DNA of 63,084 nucleotides, the filler included, from Conidiobolus incongruus B7586 (lineage: Eukaryota): assembly GCA_000697335.1 (NCBI GenBank). It is 12 parts of 12 records of this genome, joined end to end, with 100 filler letters (N's around TTAATTAATTAA, not from the genome) between each part and the next. Parts side by side here need not be neighbours in the genome. Positions count along the whole stretch, not along the records: positions 1 to 14,144 come from JNEM01007417.1; 11 more parts are not named here. One strand, given 5' to 3'. Position 1 is the stretch's first letter. Each line of letters begins with the position of its first letter. The notes under the pieces were generated by a model, which did no database searches, was not told the origin of the DNA, and saw only the letters and a program-made list of their open reading frames with translations. A program made the position numbers and the translations under genes. This document shows positions 1 through 14,244 of this stretch, in pieces.

Positions 1-3000
1 AGTTCGATAAAAAATTCATATTAATTAAAAAAATAAATAATATGATTTTTATTTTTTTTATTTATTTTAAATCATATATTGGAATTATATTAAATAAAAA
101 TATTATAATCAAACCATTATTGATTCTTATAATAATATATAAATAAATATATTAAAAATCTTTTTTTATAAAAATTTTAAACCAATTATTCAAAATGAAG
201 CTTAAATATTCTTTTTGATTTGATTTTTATATTTAGACCTTATAATTTTTATATTATATTTATATATAAAGTGTTTTGTAATATTAATTAAAATATAGAA
301 AATTCAATTATATATGGAAATTTTAAAATTATAATATAATAAAATAATAAAATAATATAATATAAAATTTATCAATTCCTTTTGATATAGTTTTTTATCA
401 TTATAATAATTTCATAAGCTTTTGATTATTTAAATGAATTTATAAGAAATATTTGGAATATATATTTTTTGTCTTATATTTTAATACTTCTATAATAAAT
501 TTTCTTATCACTATTCAGTTTAATATTCAAAAGATTATTCATATTAAAAACTACTTATATTGGACACTATTGTATTTTCTTAAATTATCTATAATTATCC
601 ATTTAAGTTATTTTACACCCATCCAGTTTCAGGACTATCTTTTTTAAGTCTCTTTTTTCATTATAACTTATATACTACGATCTAACTACCAGTGTACATG
701 ATCACAAATAAAACTACAATAAAATTAATTATTTCCATTTGAATTTAATATTAATAATTTACATTTATATTAAGTCGATTAAAACTGCAGAAAAATTTGT
801 AGATTAACTCTAATATCCTACGTGATACACCTCTCAAAATTTTTTACAAGTTATTATATTCTTTAAGGAGCTAATTTATTGTCCGAATTCAACAATAACT
901 ACAATTTTGCATTGTGATATAACATATTATTCATTGCGATTTAGTTTAAATGTTATTCATTTTTTATCAAGTTATATCTTTCAATAAAACTATAAAATAT
1001 GCATTGAACTTCATTTGGTAATTAAAATAATCACATATTCTCATTCTTATTTCTATAATAATTGGATTATTAATTTGATTAAGTGATTGTCAATACAAGG
1101 AAATTAAATGTTATGTCCTTAATTATATAAATTAAACAAATAAATATCATATAAGATATTTATTTTATATAATATATATTATATAATATATATATATATA
1201 TATATCAAAATTTATTTTTATTACATTGAGAATTGAAATTTGGTTTTTTATCCATAATTACTATCCTTGGGTATTCAAATTATTATATATTTAATATCAA
1301 TAATAGAACGAGAAAAGAATGATATATGAAAATAATGCTATGTATATATATTTTTTTAAAATAGCCAATTTCTCGAAATAGATAAAGCATAATTTCAATA
1401 ATTTTTAAAACCAATTTGACAGTGAACAGTATATAGAAAAAAATTCTATATTTTTTTGATCTCAAATAACATTTTTGTATTTTCAAATCATTTGAAAGTA
1501 CAACCTTAAACAAAAGAATGGCAAGTTTCAAATATACTGAAATTTGGAACTATCTAAATTTATTCAGTTATCCACTATTCACAATAGAACAAGGCATTAC
1601 TATAAATAATTTTGATTTATAGATATATTTTAAAACAAGGAAAATGCCTATTGGTCGGACATCCAAGTTTTATATTCTATTTTTATAAAGAGACATGACA
1701 AAAGTTTAAAATAACTTCAGTACTAAAATTAGATTGTTTTTATAGCATTTAATTGGCTTAATAAAATTATTTTATTGAGCAGATTAGGTAAAGAATTTAT
1801 TTATCAACATTATTCAAATAGTGAAGTATTTTCAAACGATTTTAGAACTTAGTAAGTTGTTTGAAAATATAATGTAAAGTGAGAATTTTTAATTGATATA
1901 CTATGGAATAATAGATGTTTTTAATAACAATAATTCCTTCATAACAAAAATTTAATGATTCAAAAAAATTAAATATCTATATTTACAAGGAATTTCCAAA
2001 TAAAATGAATGAAATTTTTAAACACTAATGTGCTTTTTGTTCAAATATCTATTACTTTTTTCATGTCAATGGCAATATAAAATTTTTAGACCAAGATGCC
2101 AATTGTAAACCAAAATACGAACCTCACAATTTGGTCACACTATTTAATCAATTGAAAAATGTAAAGTAGCAAGAATATTGAGGTTTAATTCTGTAAAAAG
2201 TATCCTTGAAAAATTATTTTTTGCATAAAATTGGGTATAAAATAAAATCATTTTTATAATATGCATATTTATTATTTACTTCAGACATAGCTGATATTTT
2301 TTAAACAATAATGTAAAAATCAAAGAGATACAAATTTGAAATTTAATGAAACTAAATTTGCCAAAATACATATAGATACGTGATGACTAGAGATAATTTG
2401 GAATTATAAATAGTTCTATTATTTTTATACTATTTAAAATTGATGCGTCAAAAGATAGATATTTTGTAATTTTACTCCTTGATTTTTAAAGGATTAATAC
2501 AAGTTTTCTAAATTGATATTATCCATTACCATTACCTAATATTTATTCAATCTGATATATTTTTTCTAATCAATATATCCTCTATTTTAGATATTGGATT
2601 TTTCGCTAATATCCTAGATTATATAAACAATTTAAGTAATTGTAATACAGAGTTAATTTATAAATATTCAAATTTGAAAATATAAAGAATATCAATCAAT
2701 AAAATATTTACCAAAGAGTGACAGAAACTCTCAATAATATTGATCTCAATAAGAAATGCAAAAGAAATAATTATAATTTTATTTCTTATTGATATTTAAA
2801 TTCTATTGTAAAAATTAGAAATAATTAAATCTTCTGTAGTAATTTTTTGAAATGTAAAAATTTTTATTGAAACACTGGCACAGAACTTATTGATTGCATT
2901 AATAAAATGAAACAAGGATTAACTAATTCGAAGTAATATTTAGAATTAATGCAATTCATTTTCTTATTAGATAGTTAAAAATATAATATGATTATTTTTT

Positions 3001-5769
3001 AATCTATTTAATGTAATAAGTTATAGTGTTTTGATTCTCACTCTATTAATTTATATATTTAAAGAATGTTTTAAAGATTTGAATTAAATGGTTAACACTG
3101 TTATAACTTTAACTATAAATTTGAACATACTATATTTCGATTCAACATCAAACTTATTAAACTTAATGTTACAACAAATTATCATATTAGCACTATTCAA
3201 TATAAAGCTTGAACATTAAAAATATTACCATTGAATTAATTTAATTCCTAACAATTACCAACCTCTCAAAAATGATAGGATGATTCTACTATAAAGCTCC
3301 TAGTAATATACAAGTATTAGCCATTGATTTTCAAACCAATTCAAAGCAATGAAACAATGAGAAATAACCTGTCTATATTCTTTATAATTGATATTTTGAG
3401 AATTCGCTCAAAATAACAAAGTTAATTATTTTCAATTAAAGCACATAATTTACTATTTTTCTTGACTGTAAGATTCTTAAAAAAATTTAATGCCTTGACA
3501 AATTTGAATAGAAAAAATAGTAAATTCAATTGAATATACTCAAATTCTTGAACAATAAATATAATTAAACAAAAATAAAATATAGCCTTAATAAATATTT
3601 GATATATTAATAGTTAATTGAGAAGCCTATCAAAAGGAATGATAAATAATATTTCTAGAATATTTCTTTTCTAATACAGATATTATCTCAATAATATCAG
3701 ATTAACATTTATCGATATATTAATAACAAAATATCAGCTCTTCTCCTTTTTCATTGATATGACCGCAAAAATGAACTCATGTCAGAACTATTCAATATCA
3801 AAGTATTATGATTGCAACGTGATATTAAAGTTAAAATATTTTTGAAATTCTTTTCATTCATTTCTCATTGATATCTTTCAGATTTCCCAAAAAGAATGAA
3901 ATAACCATAATTGGGAATTTGAAATATTTGTATTACTTGTATTAGTAAAATGAAAAAGAAATAATAAATCCGTTAATGGATTCTGATAAAATAATAATAA
4001 TAATAATATATTTTTTTAACTAAATCACATTTAATAAAAATTCTTAAAATTTATATTACAAAGTATGAATTATTCATACTTAAAAATGTAATATAAATTA
4101 TTAAAATTAATAAAATTAAGTAATATTCAAATAATAAACAAAGAACAAATGTGGAATGAGAAATTTTAACAAAAAAATTCAAAATAATGATATAATTTCA
4201 GAATTTTTGTGATTTTTAGTGGAAATAGTATAAGAAACTTATTACTCATTCAAATTACAAATTCAAAATAAAAGTATTTTGTTAAATTGACAAATTACTT
4301 AATATGTTTCAGCCATTCAAAGATTGCATCAAGTAATCAATTTATAATATTTACCTTTTCAGTTATTTTCTTGCTGCTCTATGTAATTCTAAAGAATTGA
4401 ATATTAGAGATAACTGATTAGCGTGCGAATATAGCCTAGATTTTAAGAACTTAAGGAGAGAAATGATGTAATAATGGATAACTCAAGTGATGGGACTCGT
4501 GTAAATTTTTCAAGATTTTGGAAAAACACTTTTGGTTAAATTACTTAATTAAAATTCGGGACGATTCACGGATATCTTATCCCTATTACAGGAATTCAAC
4601 CTATATAGCCATATCATTTCTATACGGATTTGGGAGCGTGGCTGAACATTTAAACTTTATTTTCGCGGATTCATTGAAATATTTTAGGAAGATTTGATGG
4701 TCGCTGAACGATAGTGATCTATTAAAGCGCTGATTCGACAGGTCAAGCCTTTGATCTTTGTCTATTGGTACAAAAACCACTGACCCAATAACATAAATAA
4801 TTTGGATTTATTTTGAACAAGGATCGATATGATTATTGTGATATGCTGAATTTCTTGCTTAAAAAACAAAACTTCGTGTTCAGTTCCAAAACTGAATTTC
4901 ATATGAAATAATACAAATTCAAAACCTATGAATATGAATGATATTAATAATGTTGTATGTGGAAATGGTGATACTGAGTGCAATGTATTGATCCAATATC
5001 AAGATAGGCTCAGATTGGTTGTTGAGTGAAGTGTGTAAGTTTAAAGATTTTGATGATTGGACTATTTATAAAATTAATAAACCCTCTCATGACGTTTTTT
5101 CCTTAACTTTAATGGTGAAAAGATTATATTGGATATAATTTGCTTCTCTGATTCAGTCGATTCTTATAGTAAGCCAGGATAGAATTTTGATTGCTTGAAT
5201 ATGGTAATATAATTTACTGCATGAGATGTCTATATTTAATTGTATTGACTAGGTTATTAGAAAAATTCAAAAGAGAGGTTTGCATAGGTAAATCAAAATC
5301 ATATGGTTTATGACATTGACTAAAGATGATTGGGCAAATTCATGGTTAATTCGTGTTTTTAAGTCTCCACGTAGTTGATATTTTGATATTTAATAAACTG
5401 AGCTCGTGCGAAAACCGACGAAACTACTAAATATGATTGGCCCAGAAAGCGAACTTCACCATCCACCAATTGTGGTTGCAAATTAAGTGCTGTGTGGAAT
5501 TGCAGTTCAGCTTCTTTCATTTCTGCACCCATCCTATTATCATTAATGAGAATTCATGGATCTTTCTTTTGGTGATTTGATAAACCTTAACTCCTGTTAT
5601 CAAGAATCTTTGGAATTTGTGAAAATGCAAACAATGTTCAATATAAATAGACGCTTCTTTTCATGGATATCACTCACAATTAAAATTGATTTTTAATTGA
5701 TCTAATTGATCTCTTTATTTATTCGTCCGTTACAGATTTTTTTTAATTTCAAAACAAGTACTATCCAAG

Positions 5770-7023
5770 ATGCGTTCTTTAATTTCCTTGATCTTAGCTT
5801 CCTCTGCCTCCGCAGCTCTTTCTGGCAATCAAAAGATTACTACTCATAACTATGAAGCAGTTCGTAGTGCTTTGGACACTAATCCTGTCTTCTGTGGTTA
5901 TCCTGGATCTCAACTTGATATCACCAGAATTACTGCTGTTCAAGGTTTAACCAAAGATCAATGTGGTGCTTGTCTGAAAATTTGTAATGCTGATGATCCT
6001 TCAAAGTTCCAATATGTTATGGCTGTTGATCGTGGTGGTGTTGGTTTGGATTTAGCTACTGCTGCTTTCCAAAAGTTGTTCGATGATGTCACTGGTGTCT
6101 ATCCTGCTATTTGGGAGCAAGTTGATTCTTCATTCTGTTCAGGTATTTTGAGAACATCTGATCAATATAATGTCAAACCTGCTCCTCCCGTTCAAGTTCA
6201 GGCTGCTACCACCACCCAAGCCTATACCACCATTAACCCTCCTGTTTATGCTACCACTACTACTACTACTACTACTACCAATCCCCCCGTTTACGCCACT
6301 ACTACCACCACCAATCCTCCTGTTGTCCCCACCACCACTACTACTACCACTACCACCAATCCTCCTGTAGTTCCCACTACCACCACTACTACCTCCGATG
6401 CTTACCCCGTTAAGACTACTACTACAACTAATGCTTACCCTGTTAAGACTACTACTACCTCCGATGCTTACCCCGTTAAGACCACCACCACTGATGCTTA
6501 CCCCGTTAAGACTACTACTACAACTAATGCTTACCCTGTTAAGACTACTACTACCACTGATGCTTACCCTGTTAAGACTACTACTACCACTGATGCTTAC
6601 CCTGTTAAGACTACTACTACCACTGATGCTTACCCCGTTAAGACTACTACTACAACTGATGCTTACCCTGTTAAGACTACTACTACCACTGATGCTTACC
6701 CTGTTAAGACTACTACTACCACTGATGCTTACCCTGTTAAGACTACTACTACCACTGATGCTTACCCTGTTAAGACTACTACTACCACTGATGCTTACCC
6801 TGTTAAGACTACTACTACCACTGATGCTTACCCTGTTAAGACTACTACTACCACTGATGCTTACCCTGTTAAGACTACTACTACCACTGATGCTTACCCC
6901 GTTAAGACTACTACTACAACTGATGCTTACCCTGTTAAGACCACTACCACCATTACTCCCTACCCTGTCTATCCCACCTCCGCTCATCATGGCAAATGCC
7001 GTCCCCGTCATGTTCGCTCCTAA
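5770..7023 (+). CDS. Secreted DPBB (expansin/RlpA/cerato-platanin-like) domain protein with Thr/Pro-rich mucin-like repeat tail
   Basis: Hydrophobic signal-like N-terminus (MRSLISLILASSASAA). CGACLKI and VMAVDRGGVGLDLATAAFQKL resemble double-psi beta-barrel motifs. The C-terminal half is TTTTTDAYPVK repeats. TATA-like TATAAATA at ~5643. Confidence 0.75.
   Translation: MRSLISLILASSASAALSGNQKITTHNYEAVRSALDTNPVFCGYPGSQLDITRITAVQGLTKDQCGACLKICNADDPSKFQYVMAVDRGGVGLDLATAAFQKLFDDVTGVYPAIWEQVDSSFCSGILRTSDQYNVKPAPPVQVQAATTTQAYTTINPPVYATTTTTTTTTNPPVYATTTTTNPPVVPTTTTTTTTTNPPVVPTTTTTTSDAYPVKTTTTTNAYPVKTTTTSDAYPVKTTTTDAYPVKTTTTTNAYPVKTTTTTDAYPVKTTTTTDAYPVKTTTTTDAYPVKTTTTTDAYPVKTTTTTDAYPVKTTTTTDAYPVKTTTTTDAYPVKTTTTTDAYPVKTTTTTDAYPVKTTTTTDAYPVKTTTTTDAYPVKTTTTTDAYPVKTTTTITPYPVYPTSAHHGKCRPRHVRS
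6382..6951 (+). repeat. Coding minisatellite, 17 units of ~33 bp (ACTACTACTACCACTGATGCTTACCCTGTTAAG)
   Basis: Read directly: 17 (D/N)AYPVK units, one of them 30 bp, with variation almost confined to synonymous positions. Confidence 0.97.
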
Positions 7024-10000
7024 GTCATTAATTTAATTGTTTATAGATCAATTTTTAATATATTGATTATAGCAATGTCAAATGTCTGGAACGTTTGAAA
7101 ATATAGCATTTTGTTAAATATCCAAATAAATCATTTTCACATTTATAAATTACACTTCAATTGATTACAAATTTTTTATTTATTTTCTTTATATTAGATT
7201 AACACTATACTATATCATCATGATTTCTAATGTTCATTATCAATGATATCTAGATTTGTATGATTACAAATATTACTCTCTACTGAGTAATTATTCAATA
7301 ATATCGCATCATTTTCATTTTACAAATCACTAAACACGATTTTGTTTTATGTAATTTGTGTAATCAGTTTAATCAAAATACTGTAGTCCCTTTATTCTAA
7401 AATTCTTAGTATAACTCCTATAAAGCTGCGAATATACCTGCAATTAATAATACATAAAGAAGTGTAAAAATTACTAAACATATCAATAATTATTAAAACA
7501 AAGATAGGAGGCTATAATACAAACAAATTTAAAAAAAATTCAATTCTTTATTATTGTAGAATTTGACAAAATAATATTTTGTTAAAGTTTTTATTTCTCC
7601 TTTTTAACATACCACAATAAATAATACTTCATAACAAAACGAACCTTATTAATATAAGTAATAATTGTATAAATGGAATTTTTAATTAATAAAAGGTAAA
7701 AACTCGTTAGTAATTGAATGAATTTATATTGAATATAACAACTAGAAATTTACCCTATAAGGATCAATATACCTCTAAATGATAGTTAATAATTGATATC
7801 ATTGTAAGTTATTACTTTAATTTCAAATTAACAATTATCTATAAATCAATTTTATCCTATTTATTTCATTGTCAACTTGATGTTTATCATTTGATTAAAG
7901 TATATTTTTTGTAATTTTTTTCAATGTTAAATGGAACTATGTTGCGAATGACCAATTTGAGGGTGCCTTCAATATAGTTACTTTGTTTAATTCCTAGAAA
8001 TAATATGAAATTGAAGTAACTGAGGTTATGCTATTATTCGATCCTTAAAATTTAATAAATATTAGATGTAATTCTATTTTAAAAAAACCTAAATATAATC
8101 CAAATTTTATTAATAAAATAAAGCAATTCAAGTCATAATAAAAATAAATATTTATTTTAAAATAGATTTACTTGAATTCTACTATAAATTACTTTTCACA
8201 TTGAATAAATTTTTTAAAATAGAGTTTAAAGTAAATGCTATCTATAAAAGTATATAAATGCAGTTGAAATGCAATTTAATGAAAAAATCACGGATTTTGT
8301 ACATTTTATCCTAAACTTATATATTTGCCAATTAAAGTAATATAACTACTATATCTGGAATATGAAATCAATTAAAATGAAGAAATATCAGATGATTAAT
8401 AGAAAAATAAATTATTTTTTATCCGATAAAATATTAATATTACGAATACTTTGAATAATATATTCAATTCTAGTGTTTTATTGTTTAAAGCGATAGAAAT
8501 TAAATGATTTATTAAATTTTCATATTTATTCAAATAATTTTTTAAATAATGGCATAACTAAATAGCAGTAAAATTATTTTAAGATAGTTACTTATTATAT
8601 TCTATTTAACAAGAATTTAAATTTTGTTGAAAAAATGAAATAAAAAAGTATTTTAAATGTTGCAGAAACTTTTTTAAGCCATTGATATAAAAAATATGTT
8701 TGTATGGGATTAATGCAATTTATTCACTTAAAAATATTTTTGCAAATTGAATTTTTCCAAATGTCTCTAAATTCAAGAATATTACCATTTTACTGTTTTG
8801 TTATGTTTATTGCTATATCGAATATTAATTAGCTTAAAATTTCATTTTGTTATGATATAATATCTTTCCTATTTAATATTTTATACTTTAATTTTGAAAT
8901 GATGAATTTTAAAGTATTCCGATGCCATATTCAAACCCTAAATATCAGATTCAAAACAGTTCGATCAAAATGCTTATTTGGCATATTTCATATATTGATT
9001 CATTTGTTGATATCCACATGACAATTAATATTGAGACTTTTACCGATCAATCTTGTATTGATAAAGATCTTTTACTCATTATTATTCAGAAAATACCCAG
9101 ATAAATCCGATAAAAATGATAACTAATAAATCCATTAAAATTTATTTTAGGGTTCTATTGAGAATTTAATCATTATCCAATCAAATGAAGCAATATTAAA
9201 TATACTTGGATATATTTTATTCAGATGGAGATTTGACGTGTTTAATCTGTTTCTCACCTCATACAGTCGTTAAATTTCACCTTTTTCAATATTCAATTAA
9301 ATTAAATATTTCTTCCAAATTTAGCCAATTAAAACAAATTCGATATTAATTAATTTGATATTTTTAATTAAATTATTGTTTTCAAAAATATAAGACTTAA
9401 ATTATTGGATAAACTAAGTTTTTATTAGAATTTTATTAGAAAAATATTTAAGAATATTTAGTGAATATTTCATATGAAGTTTTGATTTGTTTTCTTTAAT
9501 TTTTCATTTGGTTGAAAGACATTTTGTATCGTTTGTTAAACAATAATGATAATGATTAATATCTGGTTTTGAAAGGTTTTTGAATAGAAATTCTCTTGTA
9601 ATTGTGGTTTGAATAAGAAATTTTTGTTAAATTTTAATATACTCTTTCTAAAATCAAAGTCATTCTCTCATATTATTATAGTTTAATATTAAGGAATTTA
9701 GACTAAAATTGATATTTAAAGGTAAAACCAATAATATATTCTAGTATATCACTTATTTTTCAAATAATTATATCAGAATAGATATACTATAAAATTTTTG
9801 ATGTTAAATTTTTATTAGTAAAATATGCTATATTTTGATTTATTATTGTTAATTTTCTTTAACATGCAGAATTTTATCATTAATATAAATTCAAAAACGA
9901 ATCAGTTTAATTTTGCATCATTTTATTCAGAGTTTGTATCATAGTCATTGAATGTGATTTTGATATACATACGTTTTAGATTTTATTTCAAAATTAATGA

Positions 10001-11741
10001 ACCAAACTATAAATGTAGTGATCAATAAAATAAACAGTTAAAATACTATATTTATTTTTTATAACCTTAATTTATTTCCGAATTAAATTTCAAGTAACAA
10101 ATTAATCTATTTCAAAATTACATATATGAAAATATTTAAATCTTTTCTATTCTATAACTTTATTAAAATCACTTAAATTTTAAAAATATATTTATATGAA
10201 AATTTCAGAATTATTGAAATAATATTTATCTTGAAAAATATGATAATTAATAATACAAAATATATATATATATATACGTTTGTATGGTTTTAACCAACTT
10301 AATTGATGCGTATTCAAATGCTAATACTTTGATCTATATTTTATAAATTAAAAATATTTCTATATGGTGACAAATATTACTTTAAATATTAAATAAAAAG
10401 TTTTTAAAGTAAATAATCCAGAAAATGATTGTTGTCAAGTAATCAACTTTTATAAAATGAGTGAATTCTAAAAACTGATAATCAAAATTTTTGTTATATT
10501 TTTAATGTGAGGATATAGTTTGAATATTTCTGAGATGATTTTCTCTAGTCAGAAGCAATAATTTCATATTTTGTTAATCTTGAATACCCTGGGAAGTATA
10601 AAAGATACTACAAAAAATGTAGGCAACCTAAATTGTGAAATTAAACAGTTAAACTACTAATGAATTACAATCAGAAATAATTGTGATAAAAATATATTCA
10701 ATAAATATTAATAAAAAGTTTCATTAATTACAAGTCTACAAATATATATTTTTAACATTACTTTAACGCTTTGTAACATTATATTTCAATGCTGATTTCA
10801 TAAATCCATCACTAATATTCCTACTTCTATTATAGTTTTTTAATATCTTCTTAATTCTGTCATACTTTCATATGCAGATCTTATTAACATCAGGTGATAA
10901 ATTCTTATAAATCTAGAATATTTCCTAACTTAGAGAATTTTTTATTTGTATTAGCGGTACTAATATATCTGTTTGTGATAATAAAATATTAATCGAGTAT
11001 TCTTTTAACAATTGGTTAGAATTTTTTTTTCAATAACATTAATATTTAAATAAAAAATAATTATTTCTTAGTAGAAAGGTATAATTTTACTTTTCATTAT
11101 TATTCTATCCATCAAATATTCAAATTGAAAAGTTTTAATAACCAAATAAGTATAGATATATTTAAATGAAAAATTGATATAACTAAAATTGAATAAGTAG
11201 TTAAAATATACTTTTAAAATTAACAAAATAGGTATATTATTACCTAAACTATATTAGTTTAAAAATGTTAATTTTAATCTTAGATTGCTTTTGAATATAA
11301 ATTACATTTTTCCCATTTGAGTTATAGTTTAATGAATAACTGAATTCCCCCTATTGCCTCCTCTTTGGCTCCTAATCTAATCCGAACTGGAAGTTTTCAT
11401 GTGTTTATTGTCAATGAATACGTTTATATCCTTTAATTCACATATAACAAAGGTTCAGAAATCACGGTAATATGTGAAGTTTGATTTGATTGATAATAGT
11501 CAGCCCTCTTAATGGAGTTCAAAGGATTGGATATTTATCATAGGGATTGAATTTTGATAAATCAGATCCATCAAACAAGTATTATTAATTTTGAAAAATT
11601 GTAGACTAATGTATTCGAAAATGGTTTATTTTATGAAAAAACTTAATTATATTATATTATGATATATGATTTTACAATAATTGAAAGGATTAATTAACGA
11701 TGTTAAATAGATAGGGAGAATGTATATGGTCAGTGGATGAC

Positions 11742-12671
11742 TTATAGAAGGGTAAGGACAAAATTAGCCTTGCCGCCCTTTGGGACAGTTGTGACACACA
11801 TTTTGTTAGAATCACGGGAAGAAACTGAGCAGTTATCATTATTACATCCTGGAGTTTGACATTTGATGGTGATGCTGAAGTGTTTAAGGGATCCGTCCTT
11901 GTTGAAGTTCTGTTTGACATATTCAGGATTGACGTTGGCCATAAGGTAAGTATTGTCTCCGTAGCCTTCATTAGCACCAATAACCATAGGAGCCCAGTTA
12001 CCAACGGGCTTTTTGTTGGTACCCCAAACACAATCATTGGAATTAGTACCAGGAAAATTGACATAATAATGAGCGGAAGTTCCCAACCAGTAGTCTTTGG
12101 GAGGTGTCAAGATCATTTGAGTAGCACCAGCACCAACGACAGTTGGAATCAACATAGCTTCATTACCGGGGTAAACAGTTTGACAAACCCCGACTGATCC
12201 TGGAAGTTGATTTTGGATGAAGGCATTTTGCAAACCAGGTTTACAGAGAGGAACATCGGGTTTGGGTTTGACAAGATTCTTATTGGCATCACAGTACAAA
12301 CCACCATTCATAGTGTTGCATCCCGCTCCGGTGGGGCATTTAGCTTGAGGATCCCATTGGGTGCTGTACATACCTGGTTTACAGGCATAGGGGCACCATG
12401 AACCAGGTTTACAAGCTTGATCAGGGGACATGGCCCAGCCAGCATTGAGAGATCCAGGAGTAATGGGAGTAATGTTAGAATCGGTGGGAAGATTACATCC
12501 TGATTTGTTGATAATCTCGGGAATACCAGAAGGGGTATTGACAGGATAAGAAGTGGGATTAGCTTGAGTATCAGTGATGTAAGCTGATTGAGGGGAGACA
12601 GCATCTGATTGTGCTCCAAGGGAGGTAATAGATAATAAACTTAATGCGATGGTATTAATGAAACGAGTCAT
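11742..12671 (-). CDS. Secreted SUN-domain beta-glucosidase/glucanase (GH132, SUN family)
   Basis: Signal peptide. NAGWAMSPDQACKPGSWCPYACKPG, MNGGLYC, CQTVYPGNEAMLIPT, AHYYVN and GNWAP are SUN-family motifs. Confidence 0.92.
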   Translation of the reverse strand: MTRFINTIALSLLSITSLGAQSDAVSPQSAYITDTQANPTSYPVNTPSGIPEIINKSGCNLPTDSNITPITPGSLNAGWAMSPDQACKPGSWCPYACKPGMYSTQWDPQAKCPTGAGCNTMNGGLYCDANKNLVKPKPDVPLCKPGLQNAFIQNQLPGSVGVCQTVYPGNEAMLIPTVVGAGATQMILTPPKDYWLGTSAHYYVNFPGTNSNDCVWGTNKKPVGNWAPMVIGANEGYGDNTYLMANVNPEYVKQNFNKDGSLKHFSITIKCQTPGCNNDNCSVSSRDSNKMCVTTVPKGGKANFVLTLL

Positions 12672-13756
12672 GATGCGAAAGTATTGAATATTTGATCAAA
12701 GTTTTAGATCAATGGATATTAAATTAGCAGTAGGTATATTGAATAGTACAATTCACTACAATCAATGTAATAAATATAATCAATTTAATGAGATAACACT
12801 GAATATTACAATAACTAGGAGGATCAGTGTTTATATATGAAAATATTATTTCTCACGACCTTTATCAAATGCGAAAAATCATCGTCTTTTATACCTGAAA
12901 ATTAATTCTATGTTCTATAGTTTCCATAGATTTTGTAACTTAAATTTGATAATTGTCAATTTATCCCAAACTCCTCTCATTCTCCCCCTCCTAAAAACGA
13001 ATAATCTCTTAATTATTTCTACTTGTTTTTCTGCCAAACTTATTATGCAAATTTAATTGAACCGACTTTGATTTGATTGGGTAAAAAACATCCAGTATTT
13101 CTCAACAGAAACTTTTTTTATTTAATTGGTGATATCTGATTGGTCAGTCAAATTTAATAAAATATGAGTAAACACTACAGTTCCACCAGAAATCTTTCCA
13201 AATTTGTTAATTGTTCTACCAATCCCGAAATCAAAATATATTTTAAAAAGATCCAATTATTCATGCATAATGGTTGAAAATAGCCAAAAAATGAGTAAAA
13301 TATGGAATACAAAATTAATTTACTTCTCTGCCAAAATTTTGAATTTTTACTTTGTCTAGAATTAATTCAAAGGATTAAAGCCAAGATTGTTCGACAGTGG
13401 AATTTGTCATATGCAATTCAGTTAGTAAGTGTAACTTCAGCAATGGATTTGTTTTTATTTTTATTCTTATGGAAACTCGCTCCTACTGCTAGTTTATCAT
13501 TATGATGATTTAAACAATTCATACAATTAGTTTCTTGGGGCTCAACCCTTTGTTTGGATGGCTTTGAGTTGTACATATGTATAGGGAGATTGATCCGTAT
13601 ACGAGTGGACAATCTCGCTACATCAGTTTTGCATCAAGCTATCAATTATATGAAATCCATATACTATTGAAATTTAAAATGTGAAAATTTTGTAAAAAAA
13701 ATCTTGAACAAATATTGATTTTGATCAATTCGAAACCAAATTACACCAATAAGTAT

Positions 13757-14144
13757 TGTCACGAGTCAGGTGACTCTCCTCCCACGTAATATGCTTACTT
13801 CAACTGAATATAAGGGTCATTCCCCCCCTCATGTGACCAACCACTTCAACCCTATCCTTTAATCAGCTAATGATACAACCCTCCAGAAAACTCCAGAAAC
13901 CTACTACTCTATGCACTATATATAGAACCCAGAAACAGAGCTATACTACAGAGAAGGAGTTTGATCTGGGTCCTCCCAGCTATTTGGCTTAAATCAATAA
14001 ACCCCCTATCTCCCTAACCTTTACCTGGAAATCCCTAGATCTCTCTCTTTTGCTTATACTATTCCGGACGCGGCTTTCCCAAGACGTGTTAATTTGGTGG
14101 AGAATCTATACCCCCATCCCCCGTTCGCCGAAGATCACGCCGTT
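13757..14144 (+). mobile_element. 5' LTR plus primer-binding site of an LTR retrotransposon, truncated by a gap
   Basis: Abrupt GC rise starting at TGTCACG (13757), ending at CGTGTTA (14091; imperfect inverse). Internal TATATA and AATAAA. TGGTGGAGAAT at 14095-14105 is a PBS of the tRNA-Ala type. Confidence 0.65.
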
Positions 14145-14244
14145 NNNNNNNNNNNNNNNNNNNNNNNNNNNNNNNNNNNNNNNNNNNNTTAATTAATTAA
14201 NNNNNNNNNNNNNNNNNNNNNNNNNNNNNNNNNNNNNNNNNNNN
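14145..14244. other. Assembly gap with six-frame-stop linker; identical gaps start at 19765, 24331, 28088, 29293, 43626, 48911, 55238, 58011, 59293 and 60553
   Basis: 44 N + TTAATTAATTAA + 44 N, 100 nt each. Confidence 0.98.

Noticed and set aside
453..4983. Small ORFs at 453, 1283 and 4762 (also 8922 and 31385)
   Set aside because: AT-rich, low-complexity translations with no motifs. The first 5 kb may hide decayed coding sequence, but none could be identified.
6139..7036. Long alternative-frame ORFs (6139-7011, 6170-6370, 6398-7036) and a CRISPR-like look of the 33-bp repeat
   Set aside because: Shadow frames of the stop-free coding minisatellite; there are no unique spacers and no cas genes.
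11690..12619. Short ORFs overlapping the SUN gene; likewise those inside the ABCC, 150-aa and decarboxylase genes
   Set aside because: Antisense or off-frame shadows of well-supported genes.
13302..13660. Short ORFs upstream of the LTR as possible ABCC 5' exons or a retroelement RNase H remnant
   Set aside because: No convincing motif or splice pattern.
14189..14200. Recurrent TTAATTAATTAA motif between N runs
   Set aside because: Artificial six-frame-stop scaffold linker, not biological.
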